A DNA stretch of 62,870 nt, filler included, from Craspedostauros australis (lineage: Eukaryota): the NCBI GenBank assembly GCA_030167865.1. It is 14 parts of 14 records of this genome, joined end to end, with 100 filler letters (N's around TTAATTAATTAA, not from the genome) between each part and the next. Parts side by side here need not be neighbours in the genome. Positions count along the whole stretch, not along the records: positions 44,611 to 54,636 come from JALAGF010004519.1; positions 54,737 to 56,457 come from JALAGF010004521.1; positions 56,558 to 60,138 come from JALAGF010004523.1; positions 60,239 to 62,870 come from JALAGF010004525.1; 10 more parts are not named here. The stretch is one strand, 5' to 3'. A program made the translations under genes and the position numbers. The notes under the pieces were generated by a model. It was given only the letters and a program-made list of their open reading frames with translations. It was not told where the DNA came from and ran no database searches. Shown here piece after piece: positions 48,601 through 60,723 of the stretch (the first letter of the stretch is position 1; each line of letters starts with the position of its first letter).

Positions 48601-49162
48601 GTAGGACGAGTGGGTCAAGGGTACGGAGCAACTGGCGAGCCTTCCCGCAGTTCCTCTTGGATATCGATGCCTCATCATCTTGTCTGTTTGCTTGTCTGAC
48701 TGTTTGTGTTGTTGGTGGTGTTGGTGGTGTTGGTGTTGGTGGTACCAATGTGAAGGGATGCGGCGCCGTTGGAGGGGTTGCCATCACCCTCACAATCATC
48801 GATCAGAGTTGCTTTGCACGAAGGCAACGCATTGGTGATGTTCGTCGCGAGTGTTTGTGGGTGTCATCGGTTGAATGAACTACGGATGGCAGACAGACGA
48901 GTACTCAACAAACGCGCCAAAAATTCTTGACAATACCCAAAACAACGAACCTTCGATTTTGCACCCATGATCCATCAAACAACATCAACATCAACACAAC
49001 AAGAGAGAGAGTGAAAGAGCAAGAGAGATGAAATGGCATGACTATGTTTGCATTGATGGAGGTATCAGCCAACACTGAGACATTGTCCATCAAGCAATGA
49101 AGAAATGAAGCAATGAAGCAATGAAGCAATGAAGTAATCAAGCAAGCGGCGGCTGCGCAAAT

Positions 49163-50270
49163 ATGGCACGCCAACCAGAATCAACGAAGGCCACCATTGC
49201 AAGAGACGATGATGATGATGATGACGCTGATGATGATGCCAATGATGCTCATGATGAATGGCAAGCGGTGACGAACAGAGATCTCCAACGTGCCGCATCG
49301 CTCAGAAACATCCGAAGGGAAGATATCACACCAACTGCTCCGGAGTAGAGACGGGCTTGGGACATGGGCAATCGCCGCACCAACAACACAAGCAACAACA
49401 GTGCCAACAACAACAGCAAGACATGCCATGGCCCATGGTGCGATCTGGATTCAAGTCATCAGCAGCTGCGCGCACGCACAGAAACGTCAGATGCGTTGTC
49501 GGAAACGGAGATTCAGCACATGTTGGACAGGTACATCCGTGAGATCAATCGCAGCGACTTTTCCCGAGACCTGCAGAGCCATCAGTTTGGAAATGTTCCT
49601 CAGTTTCCACAACACGAACCACAACCAGCCACGCCTGTTCATACCGATGCTCAAAGAGATGCATCGCAGCCACAAACCGCAAACAATGAGACAGAGGCAC
49701 TGTCTCACTGGATCCACCATTATTGAAATCCTGTGCAATGACGTTGGCAACTTCTCCCATTGCTCGTCATCTTTGTCGGCCATACCTATCGAAAACTATG
49801 CAGCTGCTGGCATACGCTCGTGCCTTGCGCGACATCGTGCACGAACTGCACCACCAACAACAACAACAAGCTGAATGTGGCAATACGCTCCACTTCATCA
49901 AGTTGGATTCGATTCCAACAAGCCATGTATGATGCCCGCGGGGTCCGCCATCGTTTCCCACGCACCTCCTTCCACACCCACGAAACCAACGAACGCGGAA
50001 ACCATAGGATCGGCAATGACGACCATGACGATGACAGCGGTGGCTGAACCATCTTCTTCATGTCACATTGGCCAATGATGATGCACAGCAATGTGCCGTA
50101 CGCCAACCAGGATCATCTGCAATTCATGCGCACAGAGGATCATGAGTATCTCGCGGTTCAGCCAGACCGTGCTGCGAATGGTACAGGAGTACATGGAGAA
50201 GCATGCTGTGCGGATCACCAAAAGCGACGGTGAAGGCATGCCGGACGTTCCAAGAGAATGAGTGGATCAC
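49163..50270 (+). pseudogene. Unknown decayed gene convergent with ANK-BTB copy C
   Basis: ORFs 49163-49348 and 49364-49726 are in frame; the 5' part is duplicated at about 17630-17850. Confidence 0.35.
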
Positions 50271-50393
50271 TAATTGTTCCAGCTCCTTTCACATAGTTAC
50301 TATCCTAATGACTATTCTGACGATTATTTACATCCATCATCTCAATTCTGTCATGTGTTCATTTCTCGAAGACTTCTGTTATGGTATGGCACT

Positions 50394-53017
50394 TCACTCC
50401 TCTTCTTCAGCTGCGCCGTCCGTCTTGATCACTTTGGATCATTTGGGACTCACAGAGTGGACGAAGTCCACCACTGTCGCTCAATCTATGTATGAATCCA
50501 CTTGTGCTGTACCCTCATGTCAGGAATCGAGGGTACGACTATGTCGTTATATCCTAGATTGCCGCACCTCCCATAATACCAAAAATAGACTAGTCGATCT
50601 ACCAAAGTCGGACACACTCCCAAGTCGATTGTGAGCCATCCTCGTCTGTGTGTCAAGAGTATGACGGACAACGGACAGACGAATGACATGATGTGTTCGT
50701 GATGACTAACGGACAAAGATGGCGAACCTTGGATGTAAAAGGGAGACTGGAACACCGAAGTGTTCCAAGCACGATGGTTGACCGGTGGAACAAACATCTA
50801 TGCGAAAGCGCTATCATGGTTATGTCACTCAGAACTCAGAACACAATCGTGTGAATGACGGAGAACCGCGAAGGAGAACAAAGCGCGGATCGGAACATCA
50901 TCGAAGGATTGGACTGATCGTGCTAGAACTTGATGTTCTGACCCAAGTGTGATCATCGGTGAACATGTGAGAAAAGTGAGTGAACAACGCGAAAGAGTGC
51001 ACTGAATGGGTGATTGATGTCGGATCGGAAGAGAGTGAAACTTGACATCAGCATGCATGTACTGCAGGAGTGTAGAAGGGAATCACCATGGATGAACATG
51101 ATGAAATACACCTGGAATGCATGATGAGATGTGCATGATGAACAAGCTTTGCAATGATGAATACAAGAGCAACTACAGGGTGCTACTGCTATTATCATGG
51201 GCAATGGATTTGAAGATGCAAGAAACCAAGAGGATGTTCTCACAGTTCCAACAATGCAACAACAGGAATAGGTAATCAGATACTACTACTAGAGACTGGG
51301 TTACCCCGGATTTCCAACACCCTCATCCTCATCGACAACCTTGTACAGCTCCATCATGGACATACGACTGTGCTCATCATCAATACCATCACTCTCCGTT
51401 CTCCCACTGCAAAACACCTGGATCTCCATCATCAGTTGGGGTTGTAGAATCAGTTTGCTTAAATCTGGATGAGTGAACACATCTTTCTCGCTTTCAGCTG
51501 CCATTCTCATTGCTGCATCCTTCAACACCACACAGTTGTGTTGATCGGCGAATATCAATGCACCTATCATGGTGCCCTTGGTGAGATGCTTGCGGACCAA
51601 CTCCGCTTCAATAACAAGTTTGAGTCGCCAGAAGCCGATCTCGTTGGCCACCAGGATCAATTGTTGCCGATCGTCCTGTCCATTGAGGGTGGGAGTTGGG
51701 TGGTTTTCGTCATCATCGTCAGTGTCATCATGAGTGCTGTTGCCGAAGGATATCTCACCTGTGTAGATGCATTGGAGGACGTGTCGGACGTGATTTGGTT
51801 GAAGGTTGGGAAGAGGGATGGTTGTTTCGATGGGTTCAGCTCCATTGTGAGCACATTGATTTTGGATTCCAGAGTTGATCAATGTCCGAATGGATGGAAA
51901 AGTGACCATGAGGACTCCGGAGTTTGCCTTGATTGGTTGTTGGTCGTCCCCTTGTCCGCACAGGAAGGTAACGTCTGCAGTGGCCTCAGCACGAATAGCG
52001 GCGCGACGATCTTGGTCGATGCCGATCTTGGTCGATGCCGATCTTGAGATGCTGTTTCAACTGCTGTTTCAGTTGTTCGTTCTCCCGTTGACCTATCAAG
52101 AGCATGCGCTGCATTTCTTCCTTCTGCTGTTTCAACTGCCATTCCACTTGTTCATTCTCTTGCTCGTTCTCTTTCAACTGCTGCCGCAGTTCCAAGTTGC
52201 GATGACTGAGACCAGGGATGATCGATCTCATCACGTTGATTTGATCTTTTGTCCTGATCACATCAAAGGGGGTTTTGTTGTCGTCGTTTTGGATTTCGAT
52301 ATTGGCATTGGCTGATGCGATGAGGCACTCCACGCATTCAGAATGGCCGTTGAGGCATGCATGATGAAGGGGAGTGGAACCATTGTTGTTTTTGCAGTTG
52401 GCATCAGCCTCGCATGCGATGAGGTCCTTCACAATCTCTAGGTAGCCGTTGTGGCATGCGTATTGAAGGGGAGTGGAACCATCGTTGCCTTCGCAGTTGA
52501 TGTTCGCCCCACATGATTCGATGAGGTACTTCACACACTCCAGCTGGCCTTTGTGGCATGCGTGATGAAGGGGAGTGGAACCATCGTTGCCTTCGCAGTT
52601 GATGTTCGCCCCACATGATTCGATGAGGTACTTTACACACTCCAGCTGGCCTTTGTGGCATGCGTGATGAAGGGGAGTGGAACCATCGTTGCCTTCGCAG
52701 ATGATGTTCGCCCCACATGATTCAATGAGGTACTTCACACACTCCAGGTGGCCATTGTAGCATGCATCATGAAGGGGAGTCCAACCACCGTTGGTTTTGC
52801 AGTTGATGTTCGCCTCACATGATTCGATGAGGTACTTCACACACTTCAGCTGGCCACACAAGCACGCCCAATGGAGGGGAGTGAAACCACTGTCGTCTTT
52901 GCGGTTGACATCAACTCCTTCATTCTGCGTCTTGTTCTGCTGCTTCCATTCCTTCAACACCGACAAGTCACCTGCCTTGGCAGCAGCAAAGAGTTGATAT
53001 TTCGTAACATTCGGCAT
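50394..53017 (-). pseudogene. ANK(6)-coiled-coil-BTB/BACK-like gene, copy C
   Basis: Six TPLH/TPLQ repeats, a coil, and BTB ADVTFLCG...VLQCIYTG. Frameshifted by a 16-bp tandem duplication near 52005-52037 and interrupted by a solo LTR. Confidence 0.85.
50518..51319. mobile_element. Solo LTR (802 bp)
   Basis: TGTCAGGAATC...GATTTCCAACA, flanked by duplicated CCCTCA (50512-50517 and 51320-51325); absent from paralog A. Confidence 0.88.
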
Positions 53018-56000
53018 TTTGAGAGGATGGTGGATGGTTGCTGGACGATTGGCGTTGGATTTTGGGCGATTGGTGTTGGTTTGGCTGTCAAGGAAATGTG
53101 TGGTCTGAGCTATCTATGGCAGAGATATCGATCGTGTGTCTGCACTAGCTTGTATTTGTATGAGCACACCATACACTGTGTGATGATTATGAGTGGCAAT
53201 TCGATGTCTGTTGTTGATGTGCCCGAGTATGTGGTTGTCTTTGTCGTCTTGGTCTTCTCTTTCTCTCTTTGTCAACCAGTATCTTTGTGTTTGCCTGTGC
53301 TTGATTGTGTTTGCCGAAAATCCTGAGTGGAATTTTGGAGACTGCCTTCCGGCGCCTTGTTGATGGCGGAAACTGATCCGAAAGATCCAAGCAGTCCATG
53401 CAGTCGCGTTAGCAAAAGGATAGGCTGTGGTCGATGCACACAGCACGGTTTCAGTGACGCAGAACTGTGTGACACTCCAAGTGTTGGGTTATCCTGCGAA
53501 AGTCGGACTTTGTGGAAGCAAAGATAGGCATGCAGAATGAGCACAAGTACAGGCTGGCAAAGCTACTCAACAATAGAGTATGCATGGAAAGGTGCGATGG
53601 AAGAAAACGGAAGAAAGGAAACCAGAAGAATAAGCTCAGAATTTCACTGTGGTTGACCCATCGAGCTCTTGTGGTGAACGACAGTTGAATCTCTTTACAT
53701 CCACCCGGAGACGAGCCGAGACGAGCATTCCTGGAATTCGTACAGAATGTGGGGCCCTTTGTTGGTGAAGACGCCTACATTTCCTGTCTACCTGTGGTTT
53801 CGGGGCATCCCGACGAAGGCCAGACCAGGCAAGGAAAACCAACCGAGACCACACATCCGCTGTGCCAGGTCAGCAATAAGATCACAGCAACAACAAACAA
53901 TAACAAAAGAGAGAGAGAACAAGCAAACACCATACAAATCAATTGTAACTATCTGATTAGCCAAACGTACGATCACACAGCATCATCGTCTGGAACTGTC
54001 CTTCGGCTCAAAACCGGTTAGAGACCGGCAGGAACGCTGTTGTAACAACACCCTTGTGCTGGAGAGAGCTAGCACCCCACGCAGAACTCCACACATGTTG
54101 GAAGGCTCCGCGCACGGAGAATCGGTAGTAGTCAACACTCTTTCTCAAAGTGTTTCTGTTACTGTTATTGCTATTGATTGTTGATGAGCGAGCGTGAGGA
54201 ATGAGATGATCAAGATGCTCTCTTGATCCATCTCTTCTTTGCTCTCATTGCTTGGTGCAATCCTCTTGCACCTCCATGCACATTGCTCTCATGTTGCTNN
54301 NNNNNNNNNNNNNNNNNNNNNNNNNNNNNNNNNNNNNNNNNNNNNNNNNNNNNNNNNNNNNNNNNNNNNNNNNNNNNNNNNNNNNNNNNNNNNNNNNNNN
54401 NNNNNNNNNNNNNNNNNNNNNNNNNNNNNNNNNNNNNNNNNNNNNNNNNNNNNNGATGATTGATCGAATCTGATGATTGATCGAATCTGATGGAATGTTC
54501 AAAACATATTTCATTCCTGTAGACCTGGTAGGTAAGGTCTTGATGTGACGTTACGTGTGGTGGATACTGTGGTATCCGCTGGTATCGCGGTATCCTGGCG
54601 CCGTAGTATCGCAGTGTTCTCATGGTACAGCGATGGNNNNNNNNNNNNNNNNNNNNNNNNNNNNNNNNNNNNNNNNNNNNTTAATTAATTAANNNNNNNN
54701 NNNNNNNNNNNNNNNNNNNNNNNNNNNNNNNNNNNNACGCGAACGAAGAGTTTCTCGTTGGTTGCATGAAGTGTGCGATTCTGGTCGTTGTTGGTTTGGA
54801 TCTGAACGTCACACTCGTAGGCGAAGGTCGTGCCTTTCAGCACAGGAGGCAAAAGCTTGTCTGTTGTAGATGTCGTAATGTGCTGCTTACCATCTACATC
54901 CAGTGGAGGCAACAGCTTCTCAGCAGCAGATGGCGCAAACAGTTCTTTGTGATCAATCGGATCGGATGGGAAGGGGCGCACGGATGGAGAGGATGGCAAA
55001 TGCTGCTTCTTGGAGGGAGAAGGATTGGCGTCCTTCGACGCAGCTTTCGAGGTAGAGACGANCATGATGCTGATTGGTACTGATGGGTAGATGGAGAAGA
55101 CTACTAGTGATGGAAGTGAACTGAGCAGGAGGGACGCAAGAAGGTGCCCATGCAAACACTACATGAACATGCAACAAGCACTGCACACCACCACGAAAAG
55201 CAAAACGCGATTTGGTGGCAAAATGCGAGGAGGTTTGTGGCATGTGACGAGAGTCAAATTTGAATTTGAATGGTAACGTCAACTAACGTTTTGTTATTTC
55301 AAAAACGTGCTCGGACAAGTTGAAACAATGGCGTTGCTGAAATGGCAAATTCCGTACGCAACCCGTCAAAAAAAGTTCTTTCCCGAACGTGTCTGGGCAC
55401 ATTCCGTTGTTTGCATCGTAAAAGCTAATCAATGCCTTGCGATCATTACGGATCAGTGTGCATATTCGACCAAGAGGACCGTAAATCTACAAAGGTGGAT
55501 AAAAATTAAACTAAGACATTAAACCAAAATCGGCGTCCACTATGATTCTTATATTTGTTTCTAGTTTATGAATATGTGGGTGTCTGGGTCGAAAGCCCCG
55601 TATCTTCCCACCCCCTCAGGACCGACTGCAGGTCCCGTCACTCAAGTGGGTCATAGAGTTCGTCAGAATCCAAGTGGTCGGCGCCAATAACCTGTTCGCG
55701 CCTGTCCGTCGATACGAGAGAATGAACGCTGGCCACGAACGCGTCAAATACGAGAATTCTGTCATGTCGAGCAAAGTGCCGGAGCTTTGTCACAAACTCT
55801 CCTACTGGGAAAAGGCATGGAATTGGAAGTAAACAACGGATTATGAGCTCCAGGCACGAGCCATTTACCTCTGATGTGGTCTCTACTCTGCTGCGTACGA
55901 TTCAGCTGCAAGTGCCCAGTCTAACGCTCAAATAACCGGTAATAACGTCCGTATCTGCTTGGTCAAACGTGACCTCCTCAATCTGCCAAACCACGTAAGC

Positions 56001-56364
56001 AGAATTCGGGCGTCAACGTTTCCGAATCACAACGAAAGCGTCAGAACGAAGGCGGCCACGTTGCGGTGATCTTGGACACCACAAACATCCCACGCAGAAC
56101 AGCAGCGGACCTCCATTTGAATGGCTTGCAACACCACCACAAGCACACAACCCAATCATCGATCTGCTTTGCCCAACCATACGAACGTACAAAGCGCTGA
56201 CAACGACACCCCCATCATCAACTCCACCCCACTCCACCCCACTCAGTAACCTGAGCATCCACACCATCTCTGCCCTACCCAAGCTTCAGACCACAGAAGA
56301 AGCAATACAGCGACTACAGATCAGACCAGCACCTCAGATTCACTGCGACGCTCAAGTCCCCACC

Positions 56365-56457
56365 AACGTCAACAACAACGTCAACAACAACGTCAACAAC
56401 AACGTCAACAACAACGTCAACAACAACGTCAACAACAACGTCAACAACAACGTCAAC
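56365..56457 (+). repeat. 12-bp tandem repeat (AACAACAACGTC)n running into the contig end
   Basis: At least 7 perfect units. Confidence 0.9.
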
Positions 56458-56557
56458 NNNNNNNNNNNNNNNNNNNNNNNNNNNNNNNNNNNNNNNNNNN
56501 NTTAATTAATTAANNNNNNNNNNNNNNNNNNNNNNNNNNNNNNNNNNNNNNNNNNNN

Positions 56558-59500
56558 CCAGACATACATCGGGAACGTCATCAAACGAGTGGAGCAACTA
56601 GTAGGGAAGACAATCCTGAAGGCATCCACTCCCATGGTAGAAGCCTGTCACCCAGAAAGTGACACCTCGGACTTCACAGGCGCAGAAGACGCCAGGACCT
56701 ACCGATCGATACTGGGTTGCCTCAATTGGGTCGTGACCCTCGGAAGGCTGGACATCCAATACGCCACGACAACGATGGCACGGTTCGCTATGGCACCAAG
56801 GGAAGGACATCTCCTGACCATCCAACGTATCATCGGGTACCTCAAAGGTCGAGAAAGGGGAGCCATCCTTTGCGACCCCAACCCAGTGGACCACACGAAC
56901 ATCGACACGACCCTCTCAAGCCATTGGAGAGAATTCTACCCCACCGCAGCAGAAGCCACCCCCGTATCAGTACCAACACCAAAAGGGAAACCGGTCCAAA
57001 TCACGTGTTACGTGGACGCCGACCATGGCCATGACCAGGTCACACGNAANTCCATGACGGGTGTGGTACTATTGATCAACAACACCATCGTCAAGACCAT
57101 CTGCAAGCGACAGAACACAGTGGAGACATCCACCTACGGGTCCGAATTGGTAGCAGCCAGGATAGCTACCGAGGCGGTCACAGGTCTGCGATACATGCTG
57201 AGAGATCTCGGAGTCCCCATCGACGGACCCACAATCATGCTCGGAGACAACAAAGCGGTGGTACTCAATACTACAGTCCCATCCTCAACGCTGAAGAAGA
57301 AACACTGCTCATTGGCTTTCCACCAAATCCGGGAATGCATCGCCGCTGGAATCATCGTGTTCGCCCACATTGCGTCAGATGACAACATCGCCGACATACT
57401 AACCAAGCCTCTTTCCAAAACACCATTCCACCACATCACGTCGAGAACGATATTCCGGAACTCAATCCATGAGTCCGGATACCACAGCGAAGCCATATCA
57501 CAAGCCATAACAAAGAGCAGGACGACCAGAGCAGACGATGATCCCGATATAATGGCCACGGAGACGAAAGAACCACCACCACCGAAGGAAGAACACACTA
57601 TGAGCGTGAACATGGCAAGGTATCAACAGACCTCCATGAAGTACAGCCCGACATCGAAAACCCTTCGGCTAACCAGAACCCAACGAGAACCGAACCCCCT
57701 CGAAACGGCACAAAGGAAATCACCCAGAACCATCAAGCGCACCAAGANNNNNNNNNNNNNNNNNNNNNNNNNNNNNNNNNNNNNNNNNNNNNNNNNNNNN
57801 NNNNNNNNNNACAACCGTACCACGAATCAGAACCACGAGCCAGCCGGCGCGCCAACCGACAAATTCTTGATCCAGCGTGGTGACACACCACCATCAGCCC
57901 TCACCGACGAATTCAGCACACTCTCGAGTATCAACCCCTCATGTGGAAGCGACGTCCTCTACTACCCAAGAGACATGCTGGAGACAGGGCCCATCATGCC
58001 GAGCAACCAATCACATGTCGCCACATCGACCAAGTTCCGGAAACCGACACCTGGAGCCACCATGCCAGCCATCAAAGAAGGTAACTGTGAAACTTCCTTC
58101 CACACGGGCCTGACACCTCGGGCTTTCGTCACACCTGAGCACGAAACGTACAGGTGTGACATGTTGATTGCTGACCTCCAAGAAGACCTGGCACGGAACG
58201 CGACCGCACCCTCTATTGCATTCCGCGACATGAACATGCTTTCACCACAAAAACGGAGCCGCCACAACCAGGACCCCGGGCACAACCTCTCCCCATTCCA
58301 GACAAGGACACGCAAGATGACATTCCCAAAGTACACCCTGTTCTACAAGGGCATCCAATGTCCCGTCCCCGGATCCAGGGTGCTATATCCCGCAGGAAAG
58401 AAGGGACCCTTCCAAGGAATCGTCGTCGGATACAGTGGCCGCAGAGTCCGAATCTTCTGCACGAAGGGAAACGAGAACACACCAGCCGGCCGTATTTCCC
58501 ACGTAGAGAAACAATCCATCTACCCCCTCACCCTCTCCGAATACCTGGATAACAACCTCCAAACCACTGAGGTCCTCAGCATCGCCATAGCCGATGGCCA
58601 GTGCTTCTACCCCGCTCAGGACGGCGCATGGGGCGAACCACCCGACGAGTTCCGCACAACCATGCGGAAGCCATCCATATGCCACTTCTTCAAGGTGAGG
58701 AAGAACCGGATCCCAATCATCCTCGCACGCGCAAGGAAGGCACGAATGGTCCGGAAACAAAGCGACACCCTCGCCGCCAACCTCGCACGAGAGAAGAAAG
58801 CACTCGCGAACGAGCCTTTTCCCCCTACCGATGAGGATGACATGGTCGACGGAATACCATCCCTCGAAGACACTCGCCCCAGTCTCGAAGTAGGAGAGAC
58901 ACCAGAAGGCAGGTTCCTGGATGAGATCCCTGACGGATTCTTCAACGAAAAGATGACCGCAGAAGAAGCCAGCCACCAGGAGTCTGAATCAGAGGCATAC
59001 CGCGATGGAGACCAAGAATCGCAGGACCCAGGAAGTGTGATTGACGTGGAAGCAGAGATTGCAAGTGGAGCGGTGATCAGCCATCCCAGACCTCCCATCA
59101 GACGATCATCACGACCATCACCGGCGTCCAAAATCTTGACCGCCACGCGAGATGGACAAGGGTATACCGACAAGGTACGCCCAAAGCCCATGATCCCAAC
59201 CGACCACTCCGTGGACAGCGCGTCCGTCCCAGAGCCCGGCGACAGTGACGATTCTGGGTCCATCTACCGACCAGAAGGCAAGCCGATCAAACGGAACCAA
59301 GCGTCGCGACGACCCAGCTCTGGAGCCAGCAGCAAGCAAAGCAATCGCCCCAAAGGAGAGGGGCTCTTCGACGAATCCGAGGACTCCACCATTTCCTCGG
59401 GAATGTCGGGAATCAAGACGATCAAACAAGTCAGGTCCGCCAAGAAAACCACGAGTGGGACCATCAACGCGAAGAGAGCTCCCACCACGGCCGCAGAGAA

Positions 59501-60071
59501 TCCTCCCGAGGCAGCAGAGCCGATGCCTCCCATAACCCAGGATGAGCAACCAGAGGCCCCTACACCACCGGAAGGACCAACCGATGATGACGTGCCGGTA
59601 GCAACCGCGTACCCGGCACCCGTGAATTACAATGAGGGTGCGAACGTCAACACTCGCAGTTTTCCCATCCTGAACCATCCCCTACCATTGACTCCCAACA
59701 CTCCGGAGACCAGCAATGCCAACAAGAGAGCCCGAACGGAGGTCCGACCAGCGATAACATACCCGTCACCCCGACGTCTTCGGTCCGGATATATCATGTC
59801 CAGCAACCGAGGACCAACGATGATGCAACCATCCATCTTCCAGATGCCTCCCGACCCCACAGCTCAGATCAAGGCCGTCCTCCAAAACGACGAGAGNACA
59901 CCNATGGTCATCCAAACCCTCGCCGATATCCTTTTCTGCGGAGGGCTCGACCATATCAACCAAGTTCAGCAGGTCAGCATCACCTCCTCGTTGAACAAGG
60001 CACTGGAAGCCATGCTCACCAACCGCCACCAAAGCCGCGGCTACTACGACAACGACGAACAGTCCGAATGA
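56558..60071 (+). mobile_element. CoDi-type copia RT C-terminus and RNase H with a long 3' coding extension
   Basis: YRSILGCLNWVVTLGRLDI, YVDADHGHD, VETSTYGSE, NIADILTKPL; no stop after RNase H; the ORF continues across an N gap to 60071. Confidence 0.9.
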
Positions 60072-60238
60072 AGCCCGCTCGCCGCCATCTTGGGCGGCGG
60101 AACAAACCACACTACGATTAGCTTTCTTGCTTTCAGTCNNNNNNNNNNNNNNNNNNNNNNNNNNNNNNNNNNNNNNNNNNNNTTAATTAATTAANNNNNN
60201 NNNNNNNNNNNNNNNNNNNNNNNNNNNNNNNNNNNNNN

Positions 60239-60723
60239 CCAATGGAACGTGACATCTGGAGAGCAGAAGGACGCCTACTGACGTCAACAGGATGTCAACA
60301 TGTCACCACGTCGACAGCTGTCGCAAGTCAGAGCAGGAGGCGAAGATACGATGACCCATGAAGACCATGGATACTGAAGGTGAACTTCAAATGGTAAGTA
60401 CTCATGGAGTAGCAGTCAGTACTGAATGAACGGAGTGTCGAATGCAGAGCACGCATCGAACACGGAGTATCGTGTAGCACAAGCACACGATGTTGAGAGA
60501 GAGAGAGAGAGAATACAGAGAGGAGCGAGAGAGGATCTCACATACCGACTCATAGTCGGAGACCGAATCTACGAAACAGATTGAAGCGCCGAGAGCATTG
60601 GGCAAGAGAACGAACGGACACCGAGAGTATCGGAGTGCCAACGTAATGAAATAGCAAACAGACGACTATCAACCAATACCATCTTCCACGATCGTAGGTT
60701 ACCGTGAGCGGAACTTGCCAACA
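60239..60723 (+). repeat. LTR of the SIT-inserting family, nested in a CoDi gag
   Basis: Similar to 6435-6888; followed directly by mid-gag codons rather than a PBS. Confidence 0.85.

Noticed and set aside
54210..54298. HESNVHGG...W segment resembling an integrase zinc-binding region
   Set aside because: Too short and next to an N gap; cannot be supported.
6335..60238. Thirteen regularly recurring TTAATTAATTAA motifs
   Set aside because: Artificial six-frame-stop linkers in fixed N padding; gene neighbourhoods across them are not biological.
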